Below are positions 20,259 through 34,263 of a DNA stretch of 64,000 nucleotides, piece by piece. The translations under genes were made by a program, and so were the position numbers. The notes below the pieces were generated by a model, which made no database searches, was not told where the DNA came from, and saw nothing but the letters and a program-made list of their open reading frames with translations. The stretch lies in sequence record MZ868638.1; one strand, given 5' to 3'. How positions within the stretch are numbered: the first letter of the stretch is position 1; each line of letters starts with the position of its first letter. The DNA comes from Escherichia phage vB_EcoM-pEK20.

Positions 20259-21176
20259 ATGGATTTAGAAATGATGTTGGATGAAGATTACAAAGAAGGT
20301 ATTGCACTTGCCGACTTTAGTAACATTGCATTGGCAGCCGCATTAAACAACTTTGAAGACGGCGATAAAATTACTGTTCCGATGGTTCGCCATGTAATCT
20401 TGAATTCAATTCGTAAAAACGTAGTGATGTTCCGTAAGCAAGGCTATACAAAATTTGTATTGTGTATGGATAATGCTACTTCAGGTTATTGGCGTCGTGA
20501 CTTTGCTTACTATTACAAGAAAAATCGTAAAACCGATCGTGAAGCTTCAAAGTGGGATTGGGAAGGATATTTTACTGCACTCCATCAAGTTGTTGATGAG
20601 ATTAAGAAATACATGCCATACGTTGTAATGGATATTGACAAGTATGAAGCGGATGACCATATCGGTGTATTAACTAAATATTTGTCATTAGCTGGACATA
20701 AGGTGTGTATTGTTGCATCAGATGGTGACTTTACACAATTACACAAATACCCTAACGTTAAACAGTGGTCGCCACCACAGAAAAAATGGGTTAAAATTAA
20801 GAACGGTTCTGCTGAAATTGATTGCATGACTAAAATTCTTAAAGGCGACCGTAAGGATGGTGTTGCATCTGTTCGAGTTCGTGGCGACTTCTGGTTTACC
20901 AGAGTTGATGGTGAACGAACTCCGAGCATGAAAACAACGATTATTGAAGCAATTGCCAATGACCGTTCTCAAGCTGAAGTATTATTAAGTGCAGAAGAAT
21001 ATAAACGGTATCAAGAAAATTTGGTTCTCATTGATTTTGATTATATCCCTGATAATATTGCTTCAACCATTATAGAGTATTATAACTCGTATAAACAACA
21101 ACCTAAAGGCAAGATTTATTCATACTTTGTAAAATCGGGTCTTTCTAAATTAACAAGTGTAATTAACGAATTCTGA
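20259..21176 (+). CDS. rnh: RNase H (5'-3' exonuclease, FEN family)
   Basis: 305 aa; about 85 percent identical to T4 RNase H as recalled (MDLEMMLDEDYKEGI...). Confidence 0.95.
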   Translation: MDLEMMLDEDYKEGIALADFSNIALAAALNNFEDGDKITVPMVRHVILNSIRKNVVMFRKQGYTKFVLCMDNATSGYWRRDFAYYYKKNRKTDREASKWDWEGYFTALHQVVDEIKKYMPYVVMDIDKYEADDHIGVLTKYLSLAGHKVCIVASDGDFTQLHKYPNVKQWSPPQKKWVKIKNGSAEIDCMTKILKGDRKDGVASVRVRGDFWFTRVDGERTPSMKTTIIEAIANDRSQAEVLLSAEEYKRYQENLVLIDFDYIPDNIASTIIEYYNSYKQQPKGKIYSYFVKSGLSKLTSVINEF

Positions 21177-21183
21177 GGTAAAC

Positions 21184-21453
21184 ATGGCTAAGAAAGAAGC
21201 AGTTGAATTTAATCAAGATGTGCATGGTGAAGAACTGGCTAAACTAGTCAAGGAAGCTTCCGATAACAAACTTAAAATTTCTGGTTATAATGAACTGATT
21301 AAAGACATTCGTACTCGTGCTAAAGAAGAGCTTGGCGTCGATGGAAAAATGTTTAATCGTTTGTTAGCTCTTTATCATAAAGACGCTCGTGACCAATTTG
21401 AAGCTGAAAACGAAGAGGTAGTCGAGCTTTATGACACAGTTTTCACTAAGTGA
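21184..21453 (+). CDS. dsbA: DsbA dsDNA-binding late transcription enhancer
   Basis: 89 aa as in T4; synteny rnh-dsbA-33-59-32. Confidence 0.85.
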   Translation: MAKKEAVEFNQDVHGEELAKLVKEASDNKLKISGYNELIKDIRTRAKEELGVDGKMFNRLLALYHKDARDQFEAENEEVVELYDTVFTK

Positions 21454-21769
21454 TATTAAACCGGTTGATGAGACCGGTTTATCTGAACAAGAATTAGCAG
21501 TAAAACACGATAAAGATGATATCGCTAAATTGCTTGACCGACAAGAAAATGGATTCATTATCGAATCCATGGTTGAACAATTTGGTATGTCTTATTTAGA
21601 AGCAACAACTGCTTTCTTGGAAGAAAATTCTATTCCAGAAACACAATTTGCTAAATTTATTCCTACAGGAATTGTTGAAAAAATTACAAGCGAAGCAATT
21701 GACGAAAATATGCTTCGCCCATCAGTTGCTCGTGGTGAAAAAACTAATACGTTAGATTTCTTATTATGA
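21431..21769 (+). CDS. 33: gp33 late transcription co-activator
   Basis: 112 aa as in T4; synteny. Confidence 0.85.
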   Translation: MTQFSLSDIKPVDETGLSEQELAVKHDKDDIAKLLDRQENGFIIESMVEQFGMSYLEATTAFLEENSIPETQFAKFIPTGIVEKITSEAIDENMLRPSVARGEKTNTLDFLL

Positions 21770-22419
21770 TTAAAATACGCATGCCTCCTGATGGAGAACG
21801 TTATATTAACGGAAAATCGGTATACAAACTATACTTGATGTGCAAACAACATTTTAATGGTCGGTATGACGTAATCAAATATAACTGGTGCATGCGTGTT
21901 TCGGATAATGCGTATCAAAAACGCCGAGATAAATATTTCTTTGAAAAACTAGCAGAGAAATATAAATTGAAGGAACTCACCTTGATATTCATAAGCAACT
22001 TAGTTGCTAACCAAGACGCATGGATTGGTGAGATATCAGACGCTGATGCATTAGTTTTCTATAGGGAATATATTGGACGTCTCAAACAAGCCAAGGAGAC
22101 GTTTGCTGAAGATGTACGTAACATCTACTATTTCGGTAAGAAAGTTGAAGTTAGCGCGCTTCAAGAGATATTTGATTATAATAATAAAGTTCAGTCGAGC
22201 TACATATTTAAATTGCTACAAAGCAATATAATTTCATTTGAAACCTTCTTGTTGTTAGATTCATTTTTGAATATTATAGATAAGCACGACGAACTCACCG
22301 ATAACTTAGTCTGGCAAAATTATTCTACCAAATTAAAGGCATATCGAAAAATACTTCAAATCGATGGAAATGCTGCTAAGAAATTGTTCATAGAAACAAT
22401 CAAATCATGTAAGTATTAA
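21766..22419 (+). CDS. 59: gp59 helicase loader
   Basis: 217 aa; MIKIRMPPDGERYINGKSVYKLYLMCKQH... matches T4 gp59 as recalled. Confidence 0.93.
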   Translation: MIKIRMPPDGERYINGKSVYKLYLMCKQHFNGRYDVIKYNWCMRVSDNAYQKRRDKYFFEKLAEKYKLKELTLIFISNLVANQDAWIGEISDADALVFYREYIGRLKQAKETFAEDVRNIYYFGKKVEVSALQEIFDYNNKVQSSYIFKLLQSNIISFETFLLLDSFLNIIDKHDELTDNLVWQNYSTKLKAYRKILQIDGNAAKKLFIETIKSCKY

Positions 22420-22448
22420 GCTTTATTTCTTGTGTGTTAAAATTACTT

Positions 22449-22456
22449 TATAAATA
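22449..22456 (+). promoter_or_regulatory. late promoter-like TATAAATA upstream of gene 32
   Basis: exact TATAAATA octamer in the gene 32 leader. Confidence 0.45.
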
Positions 22457-22469
22457 AATCATACCAGCT

Positions 22470-22541
22470 ACGAGGTATAAGTGTCGTAGCAACCAACTGT
22501 AAGTAAATAAATTAAATAATCTAAATAAAAGGTAATAATCC
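22470..22541 (+). promoter_or_regulatory. gene 32 translational operator (hairpin/pseudoknot plus unstructured A/U-rich leader)
   Basis: hairpin AGCTACGA...TCGTAGC followed by a long A/T-rich tract ending at the gene 32 ATG, as for T4 gp32 autoregulation. Confidence 0.5.
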
Positions 22542-23444
22542 ATGTTTAAACGTAAATCTACTGCTGACCTCGCTGCTCAAATGGCTAAACTGAATGGTAA
22601 CAAAGGTTTCTCTTCAGAAGATAAAGGCGAATGGAAGCTGAAGCTAGATGCATCCGGTAATGGTCAAGCGGTAATTCGTTTCTTGCCAGCAAAAACTGAT
22701 GATGCACTACCATTTGCAATTCTTGTTAACCACGGTTTCAAGAAAAATGGTAAATGGTATATTGAAAATTGCTCTTCTACACATGGTGATTACGACTCTT
22801 GTCCTGTATGTCAGTACATTAGTAAAAATGACCTGTACAATACCAACAAAGCTGAATATTCTCAACTGAAACGTAAAACTTCTTATTGGGCTAATATTCT
22901 GGTTGTTAAAGACCCTCAAGCTCCAGATAACGAAGGTAAAGTATTTAAATATCGTTTCGGTAAAAAGATTTGGGACAAAATCAATGCAATGATTGCAGTT
23001 GATACCGAAATGGGTGAAACTCCAGTTGATGTTACTTGTCCGTTTGAAGGTGCTAACTTCGTTCTGAAAGCTAAGCAGGTTTCTGGTTTTAGCAACTATG
23101 ACGAATCTAAATTCTTGGGTCAATCTGAAATTCCTCGTATTAATGATGAAGCATTCCAGAAAGAACTATATGACCAGATGGTAGACCTTACCACTTTGAC
23201 GGCTAAAGACCAGTTCAAATCCTTTGAAAAATTAAATGAATCTTTCGCTAAGGTTCTTGGTACTGCCGCTCTTGGTGGTGCAGCAGCCGCAGCAGCTTCT
23301 GTTGCAGATAAAGTTGCTTCTGACCTTGACGATTTTGATAAAGACATGGAAGCCTTTAGTTCTGCAAAAACTGAAGATGACTTCATGAGCTCTACCTCAT
23401 CCTCTGATGATGGTGACCTCGATGACCTGTTAGCCGGTCTATAA
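22542..23444 (+). CDS. 32: gp32 single-stranded DNA-binding protein
   Basis: 300 aa; [36 protein letters not shown]... matches T4 gp32; acidic Ser/Asp-rich C-terminus. Confidence 0.96.
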   Translation: MFKRKSTADLAAQMAKLNGNKGFSSEDKGEWKLKLDASGNGQAVIRFLPAKTDDALPFAILVNHGFKKNGKWYIENCSSTHGDYDSCPVCQYISKNDLYNTNKAEYSQLKRKTSYWANILVVKDPQAPDNEGKVFKYRFGKKIWDKINAMIAVDTEMGETPVDVTCPFEGANFVLKAKQVSGFSNYDESKFLGQSEIPRINDEAFQKELYDQMVDLTTLTAKDQFKSFEKLNESFAKVLGTAALGGAAAAAASVADKVASDLDDFDKDMEAFSSAKTEDDFMSSTSSSDDGDLDDLLAGL

Positions 23445-23450
23445 TAAATC

Positions 23451-23472
23451 GGGAGACTTCGGTCTCCCTTTT
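23451..23472 (+). terminator. intrinsic terminator after gene 32
   Basis: GGGAGAC-UUCG-GUCUCCC plus UUUUG. Confidence 0.85.
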
Positions 23473-23498
23473 GAGTATCTGTAAATTGCCGAAAAAGT

Positions 23499-23528
23499 TG
23501 TTTACTTCTTCCCTGGATGTGTTAGTAT
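23499..23528 (+). promoter_or_regulatory. early promoter
   Basis: GTTTAC, 18-bp spacer, TGtTAGTAT. Confidence 0.6.
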
Positions 23529-23557
23529 AGACCTATCAACAACATGAGGAAATCAAA

Positions 23558-23962
23558 ATGGAAATCGGAAAATCTTATATCATTAACCCTTTATTTAAAG
23601 ATGACTTTGTTCAAGAAGCACCACACAATAACGCTAAGATGTTAAAATTGATTGAACTCCACGGGCCTAGTTTTGTTGTAAACGGAATGGAACCTGATTA
23701 TGATAGCGATACGTCAAACGTAGTAAGTGTAACTATGGAAGATGGTACTGTATGTTCTGCCGGTGGTGAAATTGAAACTTATTTTGAGATTTATCCTGAC
23801 GAGTTCAAATACTTTATTGAGTACTTTACTGAGGTAACTTTAGAAAAGCCTCAACCTACTAACGAAGGTATAACTTTAGGTGTAACAAAAATCCATTGTA
23901 TCGTAGATGAAACCAACGTCGACGAAATCATCAAACTTTTGCAAAAAACTTTTAAAAAGTAG
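23558..23962 (+). CDS. hypothetical protein (frd.3 position)
   Basis: 134 aa ORF, GAGGAAA RBS. Confidence 0.6.
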   Translation: MEIGKSYIINPLFKDDFVQEAPHNNAKMLKLIELHGPSFVVNGMEPDYDSDTSNVVSVTMEDGTVCSAGGEIETYFEIYPDEFKYFIEYFTEVTLEKPQPTNEGITLGVTKIHCIVDETNVDEIIKLLQKTFKK

Positions 23963-23991
23963 TGTACAATCAGATAGGGTTATGTTATAGT
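23963..23991 (+). promoter_or_regulatory. early promoter (GTGTAC -35 variant)
   Basis: 17-bp spacer, TGtTATAGT; flanked by inverted repeat GATAGGG/CCCTATC. Confidence 0.55.
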
Positions 23992-24026
23992 AGCCCTATC
24001 AAATCAAAAGTGAAGCGGAGAATAAA

Positions 24027-24275
24027 ATGAGATTGCAACGCCAGAGCATCAAAGATCCGGAAGTTAGAGGTAAATGGTACTTCAACATCGTCGGTAAAGA
24101 CGCTGAACTCCTTGAACAAGCTGAAGAAGCTTTACGAGAAATGGGTTGGAACGAAGAATGTGATGGATGTCCACTCTACGAAGATGGTGAAAGTGCAGGA
24201 TTCTGGATTTATCATTCTGACGTCGATCAGTTTAAAGCTGATTGGAAAGTTGTTAAGAAAAATCTGAGGAAATAA
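24027..24275 (+). CDS. hypothetical protein (frd.2 position)
   Basis: 82 aa ORF. Confidence 0.55.
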   Translation: MRLQRQSIKDPEVRGKWYFNIVGKDAELLEQAEEALREMGWNEECDGCPLYEDGESAGFWIYHSDVDQFKADWKVVKKNLRK

Positions 24276-24277
24276 TT

Positions 24278-25963
<1,686 letters not shown>

Positions 25964-25964
25964 A

Positions 25965-26219
25965 ATGATTTTACGTTTTATTAATTCATATGGTACCACA
26001 ATTTTTGAAATGAAAAATCCTACCGAACTGGATATCCCTTCACCGAATAGTGAAATCACAGTTAAAGGTGAACGATTCATTTGCTATTCACATGAACGAA
26101 TTTATGACTATCGTGAATTTTGTGGTGGTTACGGTATAGAAAAAGAACCGTTGGTTTATTTCGATATCACAGTCTTGACACCTAAAGAATACGAAGAAAT
26201 TATTGCTGAGGATAATTAA
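25965..26219 (+). CDS. hypothetical protein between td and nrdA
   Basis: 84 aa ORF. Confidence 0.55.
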   Translation: MILRFINSYGTTIFEMKNPTELDIPSPNSEITVKGERFICYSHERIYDYREFCGGYGIEKEPLVYFDITVLTPKEYEEIIAEDN

Positions 26220-26250
26220 CGCTTCAGTTTAAAAGTGTATAATAAATTAA

Positions 26251-26269
26251 CGGGATAAATACTATCCCG
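26251..26269 (+). terminator. hairpin CGGGAT-N6-ATCCCG upstream of nrdA (weak terminator or RNA structure)
   Basis: 6-7 bp stem followed by TTTGG; U-tract short. Confidence 0.35.
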
Positions 26270-26306
26270 TTTGGAGTAATGTCTATCAACCTATACTGAG
26301 GACTAT

Positions 26307-28562
26307 ATGCAAGTAACTAAGAGCAGTGGTGTATCCCAAAATTTTGATGCACAGAAAATTATTCAAGTCTTAACTTGGCAATGTGAAGGAACACAAATTG
26401 ACCCATATGAATTGTACGAAGAAATTAAGACCCATCTTGTTGACGGGATGAGCACCAAAGATATCCAGAAGATTTGTATTAAAGTTGCAGCTAACTCGAT
26501 TTCTGTCGAAGAACCTGATTATCAGTATGTCGCCGCCAAAGGGCTAATGTTTGCACTCCGTAAAGATGTATACGGACAGTTTGAACCGCCTGCTTTTATC
26601 GACCATATTTCTTATTGTGTTAATGAAGGCAAATACGACCCTGAGTTGTTGTCTAGATATTCTGCAGAAGAAATCATTTATCTTGATTCTCAGATTAAAC
26701 ATGAGCGAGATTTTGACCTGACTTATGCTGGTGCTATGCAGCTTAAAGAAAAATATCTAGTTAAAGATAAAACAACTGGGAAGATTTATGAAACTCCCCA
26801 GTTTGCTATCATGGCTATTGGTATGGCCTTACATCAAGACGAAACTCATGACCGTTTGAAACATATTATTCGTTTTTATGATGCCGTTTCTACTCATCAA
26901 GTTTCATTGCCTACTCCAATTATGGCAGGTGCTCGTACTCCAACTCGCCAGTTCTCTAGTTGTGTAGTTATTGAAGCCGGTGATTCGTTAAAATCTATTA
27001 ACAAAACTTCAGCATCAATTATTGAATATATTTCTAAACGAGCTGGTATAGGTATCAACGTTGGTATGCTTCGTGCAGAAGGTTCTAAGATCGGTATGGG
27101 TGAAGTTCGACATACAGGTGTTATTCCATTCTGGAAACATTTCCAAACTGCAGTAAAATCTTGTTCTCAAGGTGGTATTCGTGGTGGTGCTGCTACAGCG
27201 TATTATCCGATGTGGCACTTAGAAGTAGAGAACCTATTAGTTCTGAAAAATAACAAAGGCGTGGATGAAAACCGTATTCGACATATGGACTACGGAATTC
27301 AGATTAATGACCTTATGATGGAACGCCTTGGTAAAAATGATTATATTACTTTATTTAGCCCTCACGAAATGTCAGGCGAACTATACTACTCGTTCTTTGA
27401 AGATCAAGATAAATTCCGTGAGCTTTATGAGAAAGCTGAAAAAGACCCGACAATCAGAAAGAAAAGAATCAAAGCACTAGAACTCTTTGAATTGTTCATG
27501 ACTGAACGTTCTGGTACTGCTCGAATTTATCCACAGTTTGTTGATAACACGAATAACTACACTCCGTTTATTCGTGAAAAAGCTCCAATTCGTCAGAGTA
27601 ACTTATGTTGTGAAATCGCTATTCCAACTAATGATGTGAATGGTCCTGATGCTGAAATTGGTTTATGCACATTATCTGCTTTTGTATTAGATAAATTTGA
27701 TTGGCAAGACCAAGATAAAATTAATGAACTTGCCGAAGTACAAGTACGTGCACTTGATAACCTGTTAGACTATCAAGATTATCCGGTTCCAGAAGCTTTA
27801 AAAGCTAAAAAGCGTCGAAACCTCGGGGTTGGTGTTACGAACTATGCTGCATGGTTAGCTTCTAACTTTGCTTCATATGAAGACGCTAACGATTTGACTC
27901 ATGAATTGTTTGAGAGATTGCAATATGGCCTTATCAAAGCTTCAATCAAACTCGCCAAAGAAAAAGGATGTTGCGAGTATTATTCAGACACTAAATGGTC
28001 TAGAGGCGAATTACCTATCGACTGGTACAATAAAAAGATTGACCAAATCGCAGCCCCGAACTACGTCTGTGACTGGGAAGAACTTCGAGCTGAACTCAAA
28101 GAACATGGAATTCGTAACTCAACGTTGTCTGCACTCATGCCTTGTGAGTCAAGCAGTCAAGTATCGAACTCTACAAATGGGATTGAGCCCCCGCGTGGTC
28201 CAGTAAGTATTAAAGAATCTAAAGAAGGCAACTTCCGTCAGGTTGTTCCTAATATAGAACATAACATGAGTCTTTACGACTACGCGTGGAAACTTGCTAA
28301 GAAAGGTAATAAACCTTATTTGACTCAAGTTGCTATCATGTTGAAATGGGTGTGCCAATCTGCTTCTGCTAATACTTACTATGACCCTGCAGTATTTGAG
28401 AAAGGTAAAGTGCCAATGTCAGTAATGCTTGACGATCTACTTTACTTCTGGTACTTTGGCGGAAAAAACCTCTACTATCATAACACTCGTGATGGGTCAG
28501 GTACAGATGACTATGAATTAGAAACACCTAAAGCTGAAGATTGTTCTGCTTGTAAGCTTTAA
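26307..28562 (+). CDS. nrdA: ribonucleotide reductase large subunit (aerobic, class Ia)
   Basis: 751 aa (T4 NrdA 754 aa); N-terminal ATP-cone-like region; active-site NLCCEI motif. Confidence 0.93.
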   Translation: MQVTKSSGVSQNFDAQKIIQVLTWQCEGTQIDPYELYEEIKTHLVDGMSTKDIQKICIKVAANSISVEEPDYQYVAAKGLMFALRKDVYGQFEPPAFIDHISYCVNEGKYDPELLSRYSAEEIIYLDSQIKHERDFDLTYAGAMQLKEKYLVKDKTTGKIYETPQFAIMAIGMALHQDETHDRLKHIIRFYDAVSTHQVSLPTPIMAGARTPTRQFSSCVVIEAGDSLKSINKTSASIIEYISKRAGIGINVGMLRAEGSKIGMGEVRHTGVIPFWKHFQTAVKSCSQGGIRGGAATAYYPMWHLEVENLLVLKNNKGVDENRIRHMDYGIQINDLMMERLGKNDYITLFSPHEMSGELYYSFFEDQDKFRELYEKAEKDPTIRKKRIKALELFELFMTERSGTARIYPQFVDNTNNYTPFIREKAPIRQSNLCCEIAIPTNDVNGPDAEIGLCTLSAFVLDKFDWQDQDKINELAEVQVRALDNLLDYQDYPVPEALKAKKRRNLGVGVTNYAAWLASNFASYEDANDLTHELFERLQYGLIKASIKLAKEKGCCEYYSDTKWSRGELPIDWYNKKIDQIAAPNYVCDWEELRAELKEHGIRNSTLSALMPCESSSQVSNSTNGIEPPRGPVSIKESKEGNFRQVVPNIEHNMSLYDYAWKLAKKGNKPYLTQVAIMLKWVCQSASANTYYDPAVFEKGKVPMSVMLDDLLYFWYFGGKNLYYHNTRDGSGTDDYELETPKAEDCSACKL

Positions 28563-28614
28563 GACTTTTGATTATAATTTACTCATGGATGAGTTAAACT
28601 AAGTGAGAAATATA

Positions 28615-29793
28615 ATGAGTACAGTTTTTAACACACAACAAGTCGATGTTTTGAATGAGCCGATGTTCTTTGGTTCTGGTCTTGGTATTGCGCGTTATGA
28701 TATTCAACGCCATAAAGTTTTTGAAGATTTGACCGAAAAACAATTGTCATTTTTCTGGCGCCCCGAAGAGGTAAACTTGATGTTGGACTCTGCGCAGTTC
28801 AATAAGCTTCCTCAGTTCCAACAGGACATCTTTACAAACAACCTTAAGTATCAATCATTATTAGATTCTATCCAAGGCAGAGCCCCATCTGCGGTACTTA
28901 TGGCACTGATTTCTGACCCTTCATTAGATACATGGGTTGCAACATGGACATTCAGTGAAACTATTCACTCTCGTTCATATACTCATATCATGCGAAATCT
29001 TTATACAGACCCATCTAAGGTATTTGATGAGATTGTATTAGACGAAGCAATCATGAAACGAGCTGAATCAATAGGTAAATATTACGATGATGTTCTAGTC
29101 AAGACCCGCCATTGGGAAAACCAGAAAGAATTCACGGAACTAGCCAAAGCGTCAATTGGTGCAGACCTTCAATTAGAACGTGCTATTAAGCAAGAAGCCG
29201 CTGCTAAGCGTGATTTAATGAAGTCTCTTTATCTCTGTTTGCATGTTATCAACGCCTTAGAAGCTATTCGTTTTTACGTATCATTTGCATGTACCTTTAA
29301 CTTCCATAAAAATATGGAAATTATGGAAGGCAATGCAAAGATTATGAAGTTCATTGCTCGTGACGAACAACTCCACCTCAAGGGTACTCAGTACATTATC
29401 CGTCAACTTCAATCTGGTACTGATGGTGATGAGTGGGTTCAAATTGCTAAAGAATGTGAACAAGAAGCAGTTAACATTTTTATGGAAGTAAATAGACAAG
29501 AGAAGGAATGGGCTGCACACCTCTTTAAAGACGGTACATGTCCAGGTATCAATACGCAGAGTATGTGTGCTTTTGTTGATTACTTGACTGTGTCTCGTAT
29601 GAAACAGTGTGGTTTGCCATGCCCAATCACTGATGCTCCGACCAAGCATCCGTATCCTTGGATTCGTGAATATCTGAACTCCGATTTAGTTCAAGCAGCT
29701 CCTCAGGAAGTTGAAATCAGCTCTTATCTTGTCGCACAAATTGATAATGATGTAGACCAAAATGTAATCAATTCATACAAAAAATATTTCTAA
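28615..29793 (+). CDS. nrdB: ribonucleotide reductase small subunit (uninterrupted, no intron)
   Basis: MSTVFNTQQVDVLNEPMFFGSGLGIARYD... matches T4 NrdB; continuous about 392 aa ORF. Confidence 0.93.
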   Translation: MSTVFNTQQVDVLNEPMFFGSGLGIARYDIQRHKVFEDLTEKQLSFFWRPEEVNLMLDSAQFNKLPQFQQDIFTNNLKYQSLLDSIQGRAPSAVLMALISDPSLDTWVATWTFSETIHSRSYTHIMRNLYTDPSKVFDEIVLDEAIMKRAESIGKYYDDVLVKTRHWENQKEFTELAKASIGADLQLERAIKQEAAAKRDLMKSLYLCLHVINALEAIRFYVSFACTFNFHKNMEIMEGNAKIMKFIARDEQLHLKGTQYIIRQLQSGTDGDEWVQIAKECEQEAVNIFMEVNRQEKEWAAHLFKDGTCPGINTQSMCAFVDYLTVSRMKQCGLPCPITDAPTKHPYPWIREYLNSDLVQAAPQEVEISSYLVAQIDNDVDQNVINSYKKYF

Positions 29794-29797
29794 GGAC

Positions 29798-29818
29798 GGG
29801 ACTTCGGTCCCACTTTAT
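29798..29818 (+). terminator. terminator hairpin after nrdB
   Basis: GGGAC-UUCG-GUCCC then T-rich. Confidence 0.65.
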
Positions 29819-29819
29819 T

Positions 29820-30230
29820 ATGAAAGATATTGCCGCCGAATATTCCTTTATTAAATATACAGAATTGGAGCTATTAGAAGATGCAACAATTAAAACAGTT
29901 GATGTCCCTAATAAGAAAAATGTCATATACGCTATTGCTATAGATGACGAACTTGTGTATATTGGTAAAACCAAGAATTTAAAGAAACGCATTAACTATT
30001 ATCGAACAGCCATAAATCGAAAAGACCAGACTTCAGATTCAAGAAAATCACTTATGATTTTGGATGCCTTAATGCAAGGCAAAAAGGTTGAATTCTGGGC
30101 CCGCCAATGTTTTGACCTTTCGGTCACCAACGAACTTGGTTCAATGACCATCGCAACAATGGACCTTGAAGAACCGCTTTTTATCAAAAAGTTCAACCCG
30201 CCTTGGAATATCCAACATAAGAAAAAGTAG
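29820..30230 (+). CDS. denA: endonuclease II (GIY-YIG family)
   Basis: 136 aa as T4 EndoII; GIY-YIG-like VIYAIAIDDELVYIGKT...R motif; position after nrdB. Confidence 0.85.
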   Translation: MKDIAAEYSFIKYTELELLEDATIKTVDVPNKKNVIYAIAIDDELVYIGKTKNLKKRINYYRTAINRKDQTSDSRKSLMILDALMQGKKVEFWARQCFDLSVTNELGSMTIATMDLEEPLFIKKFNPPWNIQHKKK

Positions 30231-30259
30231 TTTACATACCACAAGGATTGTGGTACAAT
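30230..30259 (+). promoter_or_regulatory. early promoter
   Basis: GTTTAC, 18-bp spacer, TGgTACAAT. Confidence 0.6.
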
Positions 30260-30277
30260 TTAAAAAAAACTAACTGA

Positions 30278-31411
<1,134 letters not shown>

Positions 31412-31413
31412 CG

Positions 31414-31443
31414 GTTTACAAACACCAAGGATGGTGATACTAT
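31414..31443 (+). promoter_or_regulatory. early promoter
   Basis: GTTTAC, 18-bp spacer, TGaTACTAT. Confidence 0.6.
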
Positions 31444-31472
31444 GGGTTTATCAACAACACGAGGAGAAAATT

Positions 31473-31973
31473 ATGAATATGCAATTGATTACTAACGATA
31501 TGGTCGTAAACGCTTTTGGAGACACAACTGACGGAATCCGGGTCTTTAAGAAAGGACGTCCAGTTGGTTATCTTACTGACCTACGTGTTACACTGGCCAA
31601 AAATCTTAAAAAGAAAGTAAAACAAAAAGAGTATTCAACCCGATACGCTGAAGAGAAACGCGAAGCGATGCCAGAAGCAGTTAATGCTATGGTAGAATTT
31701 CTTCAAAACAATTTGACTAAATATGACGCTAATGTGTTCATTAATATTAGTCAACCAAACGTACATATCGCAGGTATCAAATTCTATATTATTTGCGACC
31801 CTCTTACCGACAAATTCAACCGTCTCGGAATCTCAAGCCCATATCATACAGCAGAAGAGTTGTGTGTATTGTTTGAATCATACAAAATCCAAACTGACGG
31901 GCCTAAAACAGTTCTTATCAATGGATTATCCAGAGACGAAATCATTGAGATTATTCAAACATGCTTAAAGTAA
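31473..31973 (+). CDS. alc: Alc (transcription terminator on cytosine-containing DNA)
   Basis: 166 aa from ATG at 31473 (T4 Alc 167 aa), GAGGAG RBS; position between rnlA and pseT cluster. Confidence 0.7.
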   Translation: MNMQLITNDMVVNAFGDTTDGIRVFKKGRPVGYLTDLRVTLAKNLKKKVKQKEYSTRYAEEKREAMPEAVNAMVEFLQNNLTKYDANVFINISQPNVHIAGIKFYIICDPLTDKFNRLGISSPYHTAEELCVLFESYKIQTDGPKTVLINGLSRDEIIEIIQTCLK

Positions 31974-32317
31974 ATGCATCATATATTGTAGTGGCAGCTT
32001 TTGCAGTTGTTGCTACTGTAACAATAGCATTTCTGAACCATAAAGTCGATTCGCTGAATACTGAATTGGCTTCTGTTAAAGAGACTGCTAAAAACAATGC
32101 TAAAGTATTAGACGACTTCAAGATTCAATATCAGTCAATCGAAGAAATGACTTATAAGAACCGTGTTTTAGTTGACCAACTTAAGGCTGAAAATGAAAAG
32201 CTCCGTAAGGATTCGAAGAAGAAGAACGTGGTGGCAAGTAAGCCAGGATTGGTCGAAAAACAAATCAACAGGTCCTTCGATTCCTTTGCAGAAGACCTCA
32301 GGAAGCTCTCAGAATGA
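31961..32317 (+). CDS. i-spanin (inner-membrane spanin subunit, pseT.3-like)
   Basis: 118 aa; N-terminal TM helix followed by coiled-coil-like charged domain; adjacent to a lipoprotein ORF. Confidence 0.7.
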   Translation: MLKVNASYIVVAAFAVVATVTIAFLNHKVDSLNTELASVKETAKNNAKVLDDFKIQYQSIEEMTYKNRVLVDQLKAENEKLRKDSKKKNVVASKPGLVEKQINRSFDSFAEDLRKLSE

Positions 32318-32604
32318 TTAAATTAACTGTGGCTGTATTATCTATTGGTCTCCTAGTTGGATGTACTCAGGATGTGCCAGTAAGCCCTAAAGAAACTTTA
32401 CATCCTTCATGGCCTACGCCTATTTCCGAATACAACCAGAAATGGCAAGTAAAGGTTATTGATGGTAATCCGTGGGTTGGAATGCCGTTTGAAGACTCTC
32501 AAGAATTTCGTATCTGGTTAAACGATGTAAAAAGATATGTACATGACCAGAAGACTATGATATGTTATTATCGTAGTGGTTTAAAAGAGGAAAAATGCCA
32601 ATGA
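32314..32604 (+). CDS. o-spanin (outer-membrane lipoprotein spanin subunit, pseT.2-like)
   Basis: 96 aa; signal peptide with lipobox LLVGC; ATGA-coupled to the i-spanin. Confidence 0.7.
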   Translation: MIKLTVAVLSIGLLVGCTQDVPVSPKETLHPSWPTPISEYNQKWQVKVIDGNPWVGMPFEDSQEFRIWLNDVKRYVHDQKTMICYYRSGLKEEKCQ

Positions 32605-32819
32605 CTAAAGAACAACATGAATACATTAAAGGGCTTATCTATGAATCTGAAATGGCGGCTATGATTTATGGACGCCAGATTCAACGATTAGAATCTTTGC
32701 CTCCGACTAATGACCGCTTGTTAGTTCAGTCTCGTGCTAATCTGAAAAATGAATATCAGAATAAGTGGGCAGTAGCGACTAAAGCTCTTCACGAGTATAT
32801 TGAATCTTTAGTAAAATAG
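32595..32819 (+). CDS. hypothetical protein
   Basis: 74 aa ORF. Confidence 0.5.
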   Translation: MPMTKEQHEYIKGLIYESEMAAMIYGRQIQRLESLPPTNDRLLVQSRANLKNEYQNKWAVATKALHEYIESLVK

Positions 32820-32848
32820 TTTACAAACTCTCAGGAGCAGAGTATAAT
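32819..32848 (+). promoter_or_regulatory. early promoter
   Basis: GTTTAC, 18-bp spacer, TATAAT inside inverted repeat AGGAGCA/TGCTCCT. Confidence 0.65.
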
Positions 32849-32876
32849 GCTCCTATGGATAATTGAGGAAATCTAA

Positions 32877-33175
32877 ATGAAAACATTACTAGAGAATTAC
32901 ATCAAACGGTCTGATGAGTATATTGATATCTGTCGTGGAATGTCACTCGGCAATTATGACAAAGATGCAGCAAAGGCACTAGATGAAGCAGGTAAAGCTC
33001 TTCGTAAAGCTGCTAAAGAAAAAGGGTTGGATTTGCAACAACTCAAAAGTCATATGATTAAATTTATTTCTTCAAACGTTAGAAGTACGTCAATTAATAA
33101 AAACGTTGCTGAAATTAATAAAGACCGGCGCGAGCATAACATTCGTATTCTTGAAATTTTCTTAGGAATAAAATA

Positions 33176-33176
<1 letters not shown>
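32877..33176 (+). CDS. hypothetical protein
   Basis: 99 aa ORF, GAGGAAA RBS. Confidence 0.55.
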
Positions 33177-34262
<1,086 letters not shown>

Positions 34263-34263
<1 letters not shown>

